Below, in pieces: positions 15,392 to 24,430 of a DNA stretch of 64,000 nt. Source of the DNA: an archaeon (GTDB taxonomy: Archaea > Iainarchaeota > Iainarchaeia > Iainarchaeales > JAAZKV01); contig JBAZFU010000002.1 in NCBI GenBank assembly GCA_041653195.1, positions 23,639-87,638 on the forward strand, given 5' to 3'. Within the stretch, counting starts at the first letter, position 1. Each line of letters starts with the position of its first letter. Below the pieces are notes generated by a model. That model was not told the DNA's origin. It searched no databases and saw nothing but the letters and a program-made list of their open reading frames with translations. Made by a program: the position numbers and the translations under genes.

Positions 15392-17806
15392 GTGATTAAA
15401 ATGGCTTTATTCCCTGAAAAAAAAAGCGCAAATTCAAGCTCTCTTGACGAACTAAAAAAACTCGCGATGGGAGAAAAAGTCCCATCAAATCTCAAACCGG
15501 TTTCTCCAAAAGAAAATGAAAATCCTTCAGTTGAAAAAACAGCCGGGCCAAGCGCACTCGACAAACTAAAAAAATTTGCAAACCCAGGAAACGATGCGCC
15601 TGAAGAACCCCAAAAATTAATCGAATCAAAAAAATCCGATAATTACAACATAAGCACAAAAACTGATTCGTTTCTCGGCATGGAAGGAAGAAAGGGGCTC
15701 ATCTCACAAGAACCTGAGGACATAAGCTGGCTAAAAGAAAAAAAAGCCGAACAAAATGCCGCTGAAAATATTTCAGAAAGCGACCCTGAATGGATAATAA
15801 AAAGCGACCCGATAGAAGCGCCCCTGGCAACCGACTTTGAAGGATGGGAAGAACAGGCTGAAAACTCCGCGAAAGAAGCTGAAACAATTGAAGAACAAAA
15901 AAATACGGACTCTGCGGACAAACTTTTAAGAAACAAAACTTTCGGCGGTTCCGCAAAAATTGTTTCGGAAAGCGAAGAAAAAAAAACCGAAGAAGAGGCA
16001 AATCTTGACCTCACCGGAGAGAATCCAAGCAACGAAAAAGAACTCCGAGAAAAAATAGAAAAAATAACTACTCCCATTGACACCATGTTCGAATTGCTTA
16101 CCGCATACAAAGAGGTTGATGCTGGAAACCTCGTTGATTATATAGGATTGTCACTCGACAAAATAGAAGAAATTGCGAGGCTATTTGAAAACGACGGAAT
16201 AATAGAAATCAGTTACCCTCCGGGAATACAAAAAAAACCCAGAATAAAATTAAAAAAAGAAATAAATTCAAGACTAAAAGAACTTCCAAAAGGAAAATTA
16301 GTCGAATCTTACGACCTTGTAGTAGATTACATCCCCGCAAAAATTTCAATAATAGCGGAGCCGGGAGAAGTCAGACCAAAATACTGCCTCGAACTGCCCG
16401 CAATCGGAAAATACACAAAACAATTCCTTGAATACGTGAAAGGAGAAGTCGCCGAAAGCACGCCGATAGAACTGGAAGACATACTTGACCAGGCGAAAGC
16501 AAAAGATTTGAAGAAAAAATACTTCACGCAAGTAAATAAGCATCTACTAAAATATTTTCCAAACACTCCCGAAGAAATGCTGCGCCCGCTTGGGGGAGTT
16601 GTGCTTCATGAAATGTACGGACTCGGCGACCTCGATATTCTAATGGGAGATCCGATGCTTGAAGAATTGGCAATCAACTCTTCAAAGACCCCTGTAACAA
16701 TTTACCACATAGTGCACGGCTGGCTAAAAACAAATATTCAAATACAATCCGAAGAAGAAGTCGTGAATTATTCCGCGCAAATCGGAAGAAAAATCGGAAG
16801 AGAAATAAGCATACTAAACCCAATACTTGATGCGCACCTTACCTCGGGAGACCGTGTAAACGCAACACTCTTCCCCGTTTCAGCAGAAGGAAACACCCTC
16901 ACAATAAGAAGATTTGCGAGAAGACCGTGGACAATGGTTGATTTCATCGGGAAAAGCCATTCGATGAACACGGAGATGGCGGCATTGCTGTGGCTCGCAA
17001 TACAATACGAAATGAACGTGCTGGTGGCGGGAGGAACCGCAAGCGGAAAAACTTCCACGCTAAACGGACTGCTCGCACTAACCCCCGCTTATCACAGATT
17101 AATTTCAATTGAAGATGTAAGAGAACTAATACTTCCGAGTTATTTGAAATGGAACTGGGTTCCGCTTGTGACAAGACCACAGAACCCAGAAGGACTTGGA
17201 GAAGTAAAAATGCTCGACCTAATGGTAACAAGTTTGAGAATGCGACCGGATCGAATAATCGTCGGAGAAATAAGAAGGCATGAAGAGGCGGAAGTGCTCA
17301 TGGAAGCAATCGAAACCGGCCACAGCATTTACTCCACAATGCACGCAAACTCGGCATACCAGGTGCTAAGAAGATTAGCCGAACCGCCGGTAAGTATTCC
17401 GGCAGTACAAATAGAACTCATAGATTTGATACTTGTACAATACAGGGACAGAAAAACAAACAAGAGAAGAACCTACGAGATAGCGGAAATAGAACCTGCT
17501 GCAACCGGAGAAGGACTGCAGGTAAACACGATTTACAAATGGATTCCGAGAATGGACGAATGGGAACAACTAAACAAACCGGTAAAACTTTTAACACTGC
17601 TAAATCTTCACACCGGAATGACAGAAGGCGAAATTTACGAAGAACTTGAAAACAGAAAAATAATTCTCGAATGGATGAGGAATAACAAAATTGATTCAGT
17701 TGAATCAATAGGAAAAGTAATGAAATTATTTTATTCGGACCCTGAAAGGGTTAAAAAACTGGCGAAAAAAAACGCGACCATAGAAGAAGCATACAAAGTC
17801 GAATAA
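15392..17806 (+). CDS. Type IV filament assembly ATPase (ArlI/FlaI/PilB, T2SS-E family) with ~270-aa acidic N-terminal extension
   Basis: Walker A VLVAGGTASGKTSTLNGLL, Walker B/Asp box RPDRIIVGEIRRHEEAEVL and His box ETGHSIYSTMHANSA. The N-terminal third is Glu/Lys/Ser-rich low complexity, followed by a wHTH-like segment (LVDYIGLSLDKIEEIARLFENDGIIEISYP). GTG at 15392, first ATG at 15401. Confidence 0.9.
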   Translation: MIKMALFPEKKSANSSSLDELKKLAMGEKVPSNLKPVSPKENENPSVEKTAGPSALDKLKKFANPGNDAPEEPQKLIESKKSDNYNISTKTDSFLGMEGRKGLISQEPEDISWLKEKKAEQNAAENISESDPEWIIKSDPIEAPLATDFEGWEEQAENSAKEAETIEEQKNTDSADKLLRNKTFGGSAKIVSESEEKKTEEEANLDLTGENPSNEKELREKIEKITTPIDTMFELLTAYKEVDAGNLVDYIGLSLDKIEEIARLFENDGIIEISYPPGIQKKPRIKLKKEINSRLKELPKGKLVESYDLVVDYIPAKISIIAEPGEVRPKYCLELPAIGKYTKQFLEYVKGEVAESTPIELEDILDQAKAKDLKKKYFTQVNKHLLKYFPNTPEEMLRPLGGVVLHEMYGLGDLDILMGDPMLEELAINSSKTPVTIYHIVHGWLKTNIQIQSEEEVVNYSAQIGRKIGREISILNPILDAHLTSGDRVNATLFPVSAEGNTLTIRRFARRPWTMVDFIGKSHSMNTEMAALLWLAIQYEMNVLVAGGTASGKTSTLNGLLALTPAYHRLISIEDVRELILPSYLKWNWVPLVTRPQNPEGLGEVKMLDLMVTSLRMRPDRIIVGEIRRHEEAEVLMEAIETGHSIYSTMHANSAYQVLRRLAEPPVSIPAVQIELIDLILVQYRDRKTNKRRTYEIAEIEPAATGEGLQVNTIYKWIPRMDEWEQLNKPVKLLTLLNLHTGMTEGEIYEELENRKIILEWMRNNKIDSVESIGKVMKLFYSDPERVKKLAKKNATIEEAYKVE

Positions 17807-17850
17807 AAAAATAATCGAAACTTAATTGAAAAAACTGAAGGTGAAAAAAA

Positions 17851-18744
17851 ATGGAAACTAAGATACCAATGATGCTTTTTTCACCGGAAAAAATAAATTC
17901 ATTCAAAAGCAATTATCTTTGGGTCGGAAACCTGCTATCAAAATTAATTTTTTCTTTGAAATACGATTTGGAAAAAGCAGAAATCGGGATAGATATTGAA
18001 AGATATAGTCTTGCCGCATTCCTATCCGCAATATTTTACGCAGTAGTTTTTTTCTTCGTCGGATCGGCATTCGGATTAATACTAAGCAAACAATTCGGGC
18101 CAACGGTTTATTCAACAATGACAATATTCGGAATATTCGGATTCGCAGGATTCTTCCTTTACTTTATGCTGTACCCAAAAATGAGGGCAACACAACTAGC
18201 GAGCGCAATCGACAGCGAATTGGTTTTCGCGATAAGAAGCATGCTCATTCAGTTAAGTTCGGGAGTAAGTTTGTTTGAAACGGTAAAAAGCATTTCACGG
18301 GCAAATTACGGAGTAGTTTCAAACGAATTCAAATACGTTGTTTCGGACATAAGCTCGGGCCAAAGAGAAACCGAAGCGTTGGAAAGACTCGCATTCAAAA
18401 CACAATCAGAGGTTTTGAGGAGGACTGTTTGGCAATTAATAACAACAATAAAAAGCGGCGGCTCACTCGTATCATCACTAGGCGTTCAGGTCGACTCGCT
18501 AATAGCAAGCCAAATGGAATCAATAAAAAATTACGCCGCGGAACTGAATCTCTGGATACTACTGTATCTCATAGTGGCCGCAGCACTTCCCTCACTCGGA
18601 GTGGCTTTTCTAGTAGTAATTTCCTCGCTTAGCGGCGGAGGAGTCGGAAAAGAAATAATAATTTCAATAGTACTGCTTTCGGTTTCAGTACAAATAGGAA
18701 TGATAATGTTTGTTAGGACAAGAACTCCTAAAATAGTGAGATAA
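17851..18744 (+). CDS. Type IV filament platform protein, T2SS-F domain (TadB/ArlJ N-half-like)
   Basis: 297 aa, polytopic. ELVFAIRSMLIQLSSGVSLFETVKSISRANYGVVSNEFKYVVSDISSGQRETEALERLA fits the T2SS-F domain pattern. Confidence 0.8.
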   Translation: METKIPMMLFSPEKINSFKSNYLWVGNLLSKLIFSLKYDLEKAEIGIDIERYSLAAFLSAIFYAVVFFFVGSAFGLILSKQFGPTVYSTMTIFGIFGFAGFFLYFMLYPKMRATQLASAIDSELVFAIRSMLIQLSSGVSLFETVKSISRANYGVVSNEFKYVVSDISSGQRETEALERLAFKTQSEVLRRTVWQLITTIKSGGSLVSSLGVQVDSLIASQMESIKNYAAELNLWILLYLIVAAALPSLGVAFLVVISSLSGGGVGKEIIISIVLLSVSVQIGMIMFVRTRTPKIVR

Positions 18745-18765
18745 AAAAATAAAAACGGTGAAAAA

Positions 18766-19809
18766 ATGATTAGAGACCCTGCATTGATATTTTCCTCGTT
18801 CATTCCGAAAAGTTTTCTTGAAAACTATGTAAAAAAATGGCTTAATTATGCGGGCTCGAAAGCCGATGCGAGAGAATGGGCCGGCGCGAGACTAATACTT
18901 TCCATATTACTCGGATTAATAGGATTTCTTCTGCCAAGCACAATACTCCCTGCCATAGATGTGTTGTACAACTCACACTTCGCGTTCGCAACCCCTAACC
19001 TCTTAATACAAATCGGGCTATTCTTCGTATTTTTCGCAGCAGTTTGGATCGCTTCAATACTTCACATAGCCTACACCATCGACGGACGAAAAAAAATGGT
19101 TGAAGCAGTGCTCCCCGATTTCCTTTTGCTGGTTTCAAGCAATTTGAAAAGCGGAATGACGCCCTTCTCCGCGTTTAGAGCCGCGGTAAGACCAGAGTTT
19201 GGACCGCTCAGCGAAGAAATAAAATTTGCGACACAAAAAAGCCTCGGAATAGAATCATTTTCAAAAGCGCTTCAACACATCGCAGACAGAATCGATTCAA
19301 ACGTGCTGAGAGAAACCTCAAAATTCTTTGCACAGGCGCTCGTTTCCGGCGGCCACCTATCAGAATTAATTGAGTCAAGTGCAAAAGACATCAAGCAAAC
19401 CGAAAGACTGAAAAAAGAACTGGTTTCATCCACAAGAATGTACATAATATTCATTATTTTTGTCGTCCTAATAGCTTCGCCCATGCTTCTCGCAGTAAGC
19501 GTCCAATTCCTCAACATCATGTCCTCAATACAAACACAAAACGGAGGACTGTCACAGGTGAGCGGAGCCGCTGCGGCACAAATAGGATTTGCGGGCGGCG
19601 GTGTAACAATTGAGCCCGATTTCATGAAAACTATCGCCTTCGCACTTCTCATATGCGACTCCATACTCGCAAGCATGTTCATCGGAATAGTCGGCGGAGA
19701 CAAAATAATAACCGGACTTAAATACTCGCCACTGCTTCTCATCGGAAGTATAGGCGTGTTCCTGGTAATGGTCAACATAATCGGTTCTGTGCTAGGCGCA
19801 TTTGTTTAA
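18766..19809 (+). CDS. Type IV filament platform protein, T2SS-F domain (TadC/ArlJ C-half-like)
   Basis: 347 aa, polytopic. LPDFLLLVSSNLKSGMTPFSAFRAAVRPEFGPLSEEIKFATQKSLGIESFSKALQHIA fits the T2SS-F domain pattern. Confidence 0.8.
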   Translation: MIRDPALIFSSFIPKSFLENYVKKWLNYAGSKADAREWAGARLILSILLGLIGFLLPSTILPAIDVLYNSHFAFATPNLLIQIGLFFVFFAAVWIASILHIAYTIDGRKKMVEAVLPDFLLLVSSNLKSGMTPFSAFRAAVRPEFGPLSEEIKFATQKSLGIESFSKALQHIADRIDSNVLRETSKFFAQALVSGGHLSELIESSAKDIKQTERLKKELVSSTRMYIIFIIFVVLIASPMLLAVSVQFLNIMSSIQTQNGGLSQVSGAAAAQIGFAGGGVTIEPDFMKTIAFALLICDSILASMFIGIVGGDKIITGLKYSPLLLIGSIGVFLVMVNIIGSVLGAFV

Positions 19810-19928
19810 TACACAAAAATAAGCAAAAAACTTTGAAAAAACCAACTTACAAAGCTTTAAATATTAGAAAAAGATATACTTAGCAATAAAGTGTTGCTTT
19901 ACAAAGTGAACTTTTAAAATTAGTTAAA

Positions 19929-20417
19929 GTGATGGTTTTGATTCAAGAAAAGAATGCACAAGGCACAATAGAATACCTGATAGTTCTCGCAATAATCGTA
20001 GTAATAGGCCTGATAGTAGTAACACTTTTACTTCAATTTACAGATGCCGGAAGGGGACTACGACAAAACGACTCGGAAATAAAATGGAGAAGCGCGACAC
20101 CTTTTGCAATAGTTAACCATGTTCAAAGCGACCGCAATCTGACAGTGGTTCTGAAAAACAATACCGCCTCGTCAATAAACTTCGTGAAACTCTGCGTCGG
20201 CGGAAACAATGTTGACTGCAACTCGGAAGCACGCCTGAACGTGGCACCAAACGCGACAATAAACGTAATAGTGCGCGACCTCAATTATACCGCTGCATGT
20301 ACCGGCGGCGCATCATACAGTTTCGCAAAAGCCGGAATATTCATAGACTACAATAATTCTGACATAGCATCACACACTCAGCCCGGAGCGGCAGACCTAA
20401 TAGGAACCTGCACATAA
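19929..20417 (+). CDS. Archaeal type IV pilin (class III signal peptide); candidate major pilin
   Basis: N-terminus MMVLIQEKNA|QGTIEYLIVLAIIVVIGLIVVTLLLQF: short basic leader, A|Q junction, Glu at +5, then ~20 hydrophobic residues. The 162-aa size fits a structural pilin. GTG at 19929, ATG at 19932. Confidence 0.8.
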   Translation: MMVLIQEKNAQGTIEYLIVLAIIVVIGLIVVTLLLQFTDAGRGLRQNDSEIKWRSATPFAIVNHVQSDRNLTVVLKNNTASSINFVKLCVGGNNVDCNSEARLNVAPNATINVIVRDLNYTAACTGGASYSFAKAGIFIDYNNSDIASHTQPGAADLIGTCT

Positions 20418-20477
20418 AAAAACTAAACTATTTTGCTAATTAATTCTGCCGAAGTTTCAAAAACAAGTCTGATTCCA

Positions 20478-21335
20478 TTAGCCGGAAATTTTTATTAAAC
20501 TGTTTGAATCAAATCCGTTTCCGGAATAAGCCAAAATAGAATCAAAAAAAATTGGAAGATTATTTGGATAAGAAGACGGGGAATAGGAAGCGAAAATCGA
20601 ATAATTAAAACTGCGAAGCGAATTCGCATTAATATCTACTGAAGAATTAACTCCTCCGATTTGCCCAACAATAATGTACGCGTTTTCATCTCCCTGATAA
20701 ACTATTGCAAGTTTGTTAAGAACACTTGAATTAACCGAAGTTGAAACGGAAAAAGAATTCACATCATCCGTATAATTTATTCTAACAGGAATTGTTCCTG
20801 AAGGGCCAGAAACGGGATTCACCCACTCAAATCGGTTAAGGTCCGAAGCAGAGGCATCAATATTAATATCCAAAGAATTTAGCGACGCCCCGTTCTTCGG
20901 ATAAATTATCGCACTACTATTCGAATAATCAAAGTCATAACTCAAAATGCTTCCCACTGAAAGTTCGGCCTTACCATCTGCCAGCGAAGAAAGGTCTATT
21001 GACTTTACCCCCGAAGTTCTTTCAAAAAAAGTCCGATAAAGGAAAGAATTGTAATCCACAATAGCGGTAGAAACGCCAAAGCCGCGCGGAACCACGCCCG
21101 AAACAAGCAAATTCAAATCCGAATTATAATCCGTCCTAATTGCAAACCCTAAAATTTTTTGCAAATCCGTTCCGATATCGTCGTTCAAAAAAGGCTGATT
21201 GATGAGCTTTGAAGAAAAAATTATTCCCTGCTCGCGAAAAGAATTATTATTCACATATTGCTGCGAATAAAAAACAAGGGTTGAAACAAAAAGAATTACA
21301 GAAATTGTAAACAAATAACCGCGCGAAGACATCAC
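20478..21335 (-). CDS. Pilin-like protein (minor-pilin candidate, no +5 Glu)
   Basis: N-terminus MMSSRG|YLFTISVILFVSTLVFYSQ, followed by Asn/Ser-rich beta-type sequence. It is the last gene of the pilin operon and overlaps the upstream gene by 4 nt. Confidence 0.6.
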   Translation of the reverse strand: MMSSRGYLFTISVILFVSTLVFYSQQYVNNNSFREQGIIFSSKLINQPFLNDDIGTDLQKILGFAIRTDYNSDLNLLVSGVVPRGFGVSTAIVDYNSFLYRTFFERTSGVKSIDLSSLADGKAELSVGSILSYDFDYSNSSAIIYPKNGASLNSLDINIDASASDLNRFEWVNPVSGPSGTIPVRINYTDDVNSFSVSTSVNSSVLNKLAIVYQGDENAYIIVGQIGGVNSSVDINANSLRSFNYSIFASYSPSSYPNNLPIFFDSILAYSGNGFDSNSLIKISG

Positions 21336-21757
21336 TTAGTCCACCCCGAAACCCTTGCAATCAAAAAGTTTGCATCAGCACCATCAACCAGCACAAAAGA
21401 TCTTTCCACGACAACCAGGTTTGAAAAATTTTTTTGACAACCCGCTTTAAGCGCATGAACCAGCGGAACATCAAGATTTTCATCATTAAAAACAGCAACG
21501 TCAAAACAATACGCGAAAGGAGAATTATTAAGCGAAGAAAGAATCAAATCGGATGAGCGCTGCTTAACCGAATTTTCAAGAGCGCCGGATTTTTCAAGAA
21601 CAATCGCTTCATCCATTGAGAGCTGCTTAAGGTCAACAGAATTCCAAGCCGCTACAGAAATTTGTGAAAGATAAAAAAAAGCCATCAAAATCAAAAGCAT
21701 TGAAAGCGTAAGACTCAGGAATGCATCAAGCGAAATCAAAAAGCCGTCACTTCGCAT
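21332..21757 (-). CDS. Pilin-like protein (minor-pilin candidate)
   Basis: N-terminus MRSDG|FLISLDAFLSLTLSMLLILMAFFYLSQ (Gly junction, Asp at +6). It overlaps both neighbouring genes (11 nt and 4 nt). Confidence 0.6.
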   Translation of the reverse strand: MRSDGFLISLDAFLSLTLSMLLILMAFFYLSQISVAAWNSVDLKQLSMDEAIVLEKSGALENSVKQRSSDLILSSLNNSPFAYCFDVAVFNDENLDVPLVHALKAGCQKNFSNLVVVERSFVLVDGADANFLIARVSGWTK

Positions 21758-22295
21758 AAGAAAACACGCCCCTCAAAACAGATTGCCTGCCACCGTAATA
21801 CACCACGCGTTCATAAATCAAAGTATAATCCGCATTTTCATTAATAAAACCGGCTTCGTTAAAATAATCTCCGTTCGAATCAACCATGCTTAACTGAAAA
21901 TCATACCTTGCAATTCCAAGCTTTTCCTTTGCCAAAGAATAATCGGGACCATTCAAATATCCCGCCAACTTTTCAAACTTTCGCGAATCAACAACCCCCT
22001 TAGAAGAAACAATCCCAAAAATATTTACATCAGTTATGCTTCCGTATTCCCAATTCGAAGGTTCGCCCGATGAACCGAGCAAAACACTCATTACAGGATG
22101 CGCAAACTCTTCCACATTTTTTTTAACATCCAAATCGGCAGTTTGAAAAAAAATTTGCTGCGAAGCCGCGAAAAAAAATACCAACCCCATAATAAAAACG
22201 GCAGAAGCAAGCATCAAGTCCGGAAAAAAAAACTGGCCGCGCTCATTCGAAAAGAAACTCTTTGAAAAAAACTTTTTTCGCAAAAACTTTTTCAT
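21747..22295 (-). CDS. Pilin-like protein (minor-pilin candidate)
   Basis: N-terminus ...SNERG|QFFFPDLMLASAVFIMGLVFFFAAS: RG|Q junction, acidic residue at +6, hydrophobic helix. Confidence 0.6.
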   Translation of the reverse strand: MKKFLRKKFFSKSFFSNERGQFFFPDLMLASAVFIMGLVFFFAASQQIFFQTADLDVKKNVEEFAHPVMSVLLGSSGEPSNWEYGSITDVNIFGIVSSKGVVDSRKFEKLAGYLNGPDYSLAKEKLGIARYDFQLSMVDSNGDYFNEAGFINENADYTLIYERVVYYGGRQSVLRGVFSYAK

Positions 22296-22336
22296 AACAA
22301 TGCCTCAAAAAAATAAACAAAAAATTCAAAATATTA

Positions 22337-24430
22337 TCAGCCTGACTGATCCACCTTCCACATAAACATATCATAGCTTCCGGCAGAGGCAAGACTTGCC
22401 GCATCAAAAGCAACTGTTGACGAGAAGGTTCCGCAAATATAAGATTCGTTTTGCGAATCAATTGCTATCCCCATTCCAAAATCAAATCCTGCCCCCCCGG
22501 TGTTCTCGACACGAAGCCAGTTTCCATTAGGGTCAATGCTTGCAAGGAAAGCATCACGAACACTGCTTACTACAAAACTTGTTGTCCCAAAATAAGCCGT
22601 TCCAAGAACATACCCCGTCAAATACGCATTGCCATCTGTTCCAATCGCAATATCACTCGCACCCTCAAAATTAGAACCATTAACCGTATCGCTGCCCGCC
22701 TGCTTCGCCCACAACCAACTTCCGAGCGAATCAAGCTTCACGACAAATATTTCGCTGTTCCCAGAAACATTCAAATCAATGTTACCAAAAAAAGCGTCGC
22801 CGTCAAAACGACCCGCAACATAAACATTATGCGAAGAATCAGCAGCTACGCCATAACCATAAGTATGAACTTCCTGATCCGGTACGCCAGCATTCTTCGC
22901 CCACAACCAGTTCCCATCAGAACCAATTTTAGCAACAAACATATCAAAATAATTTCCAATAGCATTTCTATCAAGAACAGTGCTTCCAAATGTTGCAGTC
23001 GCACTTCTAAAATAACCGGTTACAAAAATGTTTCCATTAGATTCAACAAAAATATCTTTTCCATAATCATAGCTTGTACCGCCGGCTTTGTTAACCCAAA
23101 CCCAATTCCCGTCAGGATTAATTTTGCCGACAAAAATTTCATCCACTCCAGAAGTTGTCAAAGCAATCGCATCAAAAGAAATTGTTGTCCTGTAATAACC
23201 TGTAACATAAGCATTATCATCGGAACCAACAGTTATTCCATACCCTGAATCAATTGAAGTGCTTCCGACCATAACCGCCCAAAGCCAATTTCCATCAGTA
23301 TCAAGTTTTGCAACAAAAATATCCGGACCGGCGCTTATTGAATTCAAATTAAAATTTCCAAAAGAAGCGTTGCCCTGAAACTGTCCTGTAATGTAAACAT
23401 TCCCTTCAGAATCAACCGCAACACTTTGCCCAGCGTCATAATATGACGTAACTGCAGAATCGCTTCCTGCCCTCTTCGCCCACAACCAGTTCCCGTCCGG
23501 ACCGGCTTTTGCAACAACAATATCCGCATAACCGTTACACTCAAGCGAAATGCTTCCAAAATTTGCGTTACCCAAAATGTAACCCGTTACATAAGAATTG
23601 CCCGCAGAATCAACCGCAACGCCCGTTGAATAATCTGCGGCTGTGCCCCCCGCTTTGTTAGCGAAATAAACCGGAAGCGAATAAGTCAAAGTTCTCGGAG
23701 AACCGCTTGAACCCTCATTGCCGTACTCGTCCGTGCAATTAACATCCCACACATAGGTTCCGGCGGAAGTGAACGAATAATTCGCAAATTCAGCGAAAGG
23801 CGCGGAATCCGCAGAAACCTTCGAAACCGCGTTAATTATTAATTCACAACTTTCAATAGAAGAATCATCCGTAACAGTATAAGAAAAATCTACAACCCCG
23901 TCCGAATCGGTTGTACCGTTTTCCGGCAAACCAAGGTATATTACCGGCGGAGTCGTATCTTCTTCAGGCGGAACGGGCTCTTCCTCTTCCGGAACTTCTG
24001 AAGAATAATTTACAACAACTTTATCCCCGCTTTTTGTGAAAAAAATTTCGCCGTTCAAATCCCCGACAAAAAAATCAACATTCTTCGGAATTATCGGCGC
24101 GTCAACAAAACTATTCGCATTAAACCAAACAATCACACTGCCCGAACCGCTTTCAACATAGTAACCCTGCGCGGCGTAATAAAAAGAATCACTGAAAGAA
24201 ATATTTCCATCAGACAAATAAACCGCGTTTATATTGCGGGCGAGCCTGAAAGCGGTTTCCTGCGCCCCGCCTTGCGCAGCATAATCAGTGTTTATCTGCG
24301 ACCTGCTCTGAAAAATCATTAATCCGAAAAGAAAAACCAGCGAAATTATTACGGCAGACATTATGAACTCAATACTTATTTGCCCCGCACTTGAAAAAAA
24401 ATATTTTCGAAAAAATTTTTTCAACACCAT
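22337..24430 (-). CDS. Large pilin-like adhesin: class III signal peptide + pilin core + Ig-like segment + ~7-blade SBBP-type beta-propeller
   Basis: N-terminus ...FFSSAG|QISIEFIMSAVIISLVFLFGLMIF. The C-terminal two thirds contain ~7 repeats of the pattern DGNWLWAK.AG(G/S)....G..(V/I)A.D..GN.Y(V/I)TG.F......FG (for example PDGNWLWAKRAGSDS, TDGNWLWAVMVGSTS, PDGNWVWVNKAGGTS, SDGNWLWAKNAGVPD, SLGSWLWAKQAGSDT, PNGNWLRVENTGGAG). Confidence 0.8.
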   Translation of the reverse strand: MVLKKFFRKYFFSSAGQISIEFIMSAVIISLVFLFGLMIFQSRSQINTDYAAQGGAQETAFRLARNINAVYLSDGNISFSDSFYYAAQGYYVESGSGSVIVWFNANSFVDAPIIPKNVDFFVGDLNGEIFFTKSGDKVVVNYSSEVPEEEEPVPPEEDTTPPVIYLGLPENGTTDSDGVVDFSYTVTDDSSIESCELIINAVSKVSADSAPFAEFANYSFTSAGTYVWDVNCTDEYGNEGSSGSPRTLTYSLPVYFANKAGGTAADYSTGVAVDSAGNSYVTGYILGNANFGSISLECNGYADIVVAKAGPDGNWLWAKRAGSDSAVTSYYDAGQSVAVDSEGNVYITGQFQGNASFGNFNLNSISAGPDIFVAKLDTDGNWLWAVMVGSTSIDSGYGITVGSDDNAYVTGYYRTTISFDAIALTTSGVDEIFVGKINPDGNWVWVNKAGGTSYDYGKDIFVESNGNIFVTGYFRSATATFGSTVLDRNAIGNYFDMFVAKIGSDGNWLWAKNAGVPDQEVHTYGYGVAADSSHNVYVAGRFDGDAFFGNIDLNVSGNSEIFVVKLDSLGSWLWAKQAGSDTVNGSNFEGASDIAIGTDGNAYLTGYVLGTAYFGTTSFVVSSVRDAFLASIDPNGNWLRVENTGGAGFDFGMGIAIDSQNESYICGTFSSTVAFDAASLASAGSYDMFMWKVDQSG

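Noticed and set aside
22451-23248. 265-aa plus-strand ORF antisense to the SBBP-propeller pilin gene
   Set aside because: It mirrors the repeat periodicity of the sense gene, has an Ile/Arg/Asn/Cys-rich nonsense-like composition and has no start context. The sense frame has strong repeat and motif support.
22600-23700. DNA-level repeats (for example cttcgcccacaaccagtt) suggestive of a repeat array
   Set aside because: They are in-frame and correspond to the WLWAK.AG blades of the beta-propeller protein, so they are coding repeats and not an independent element.
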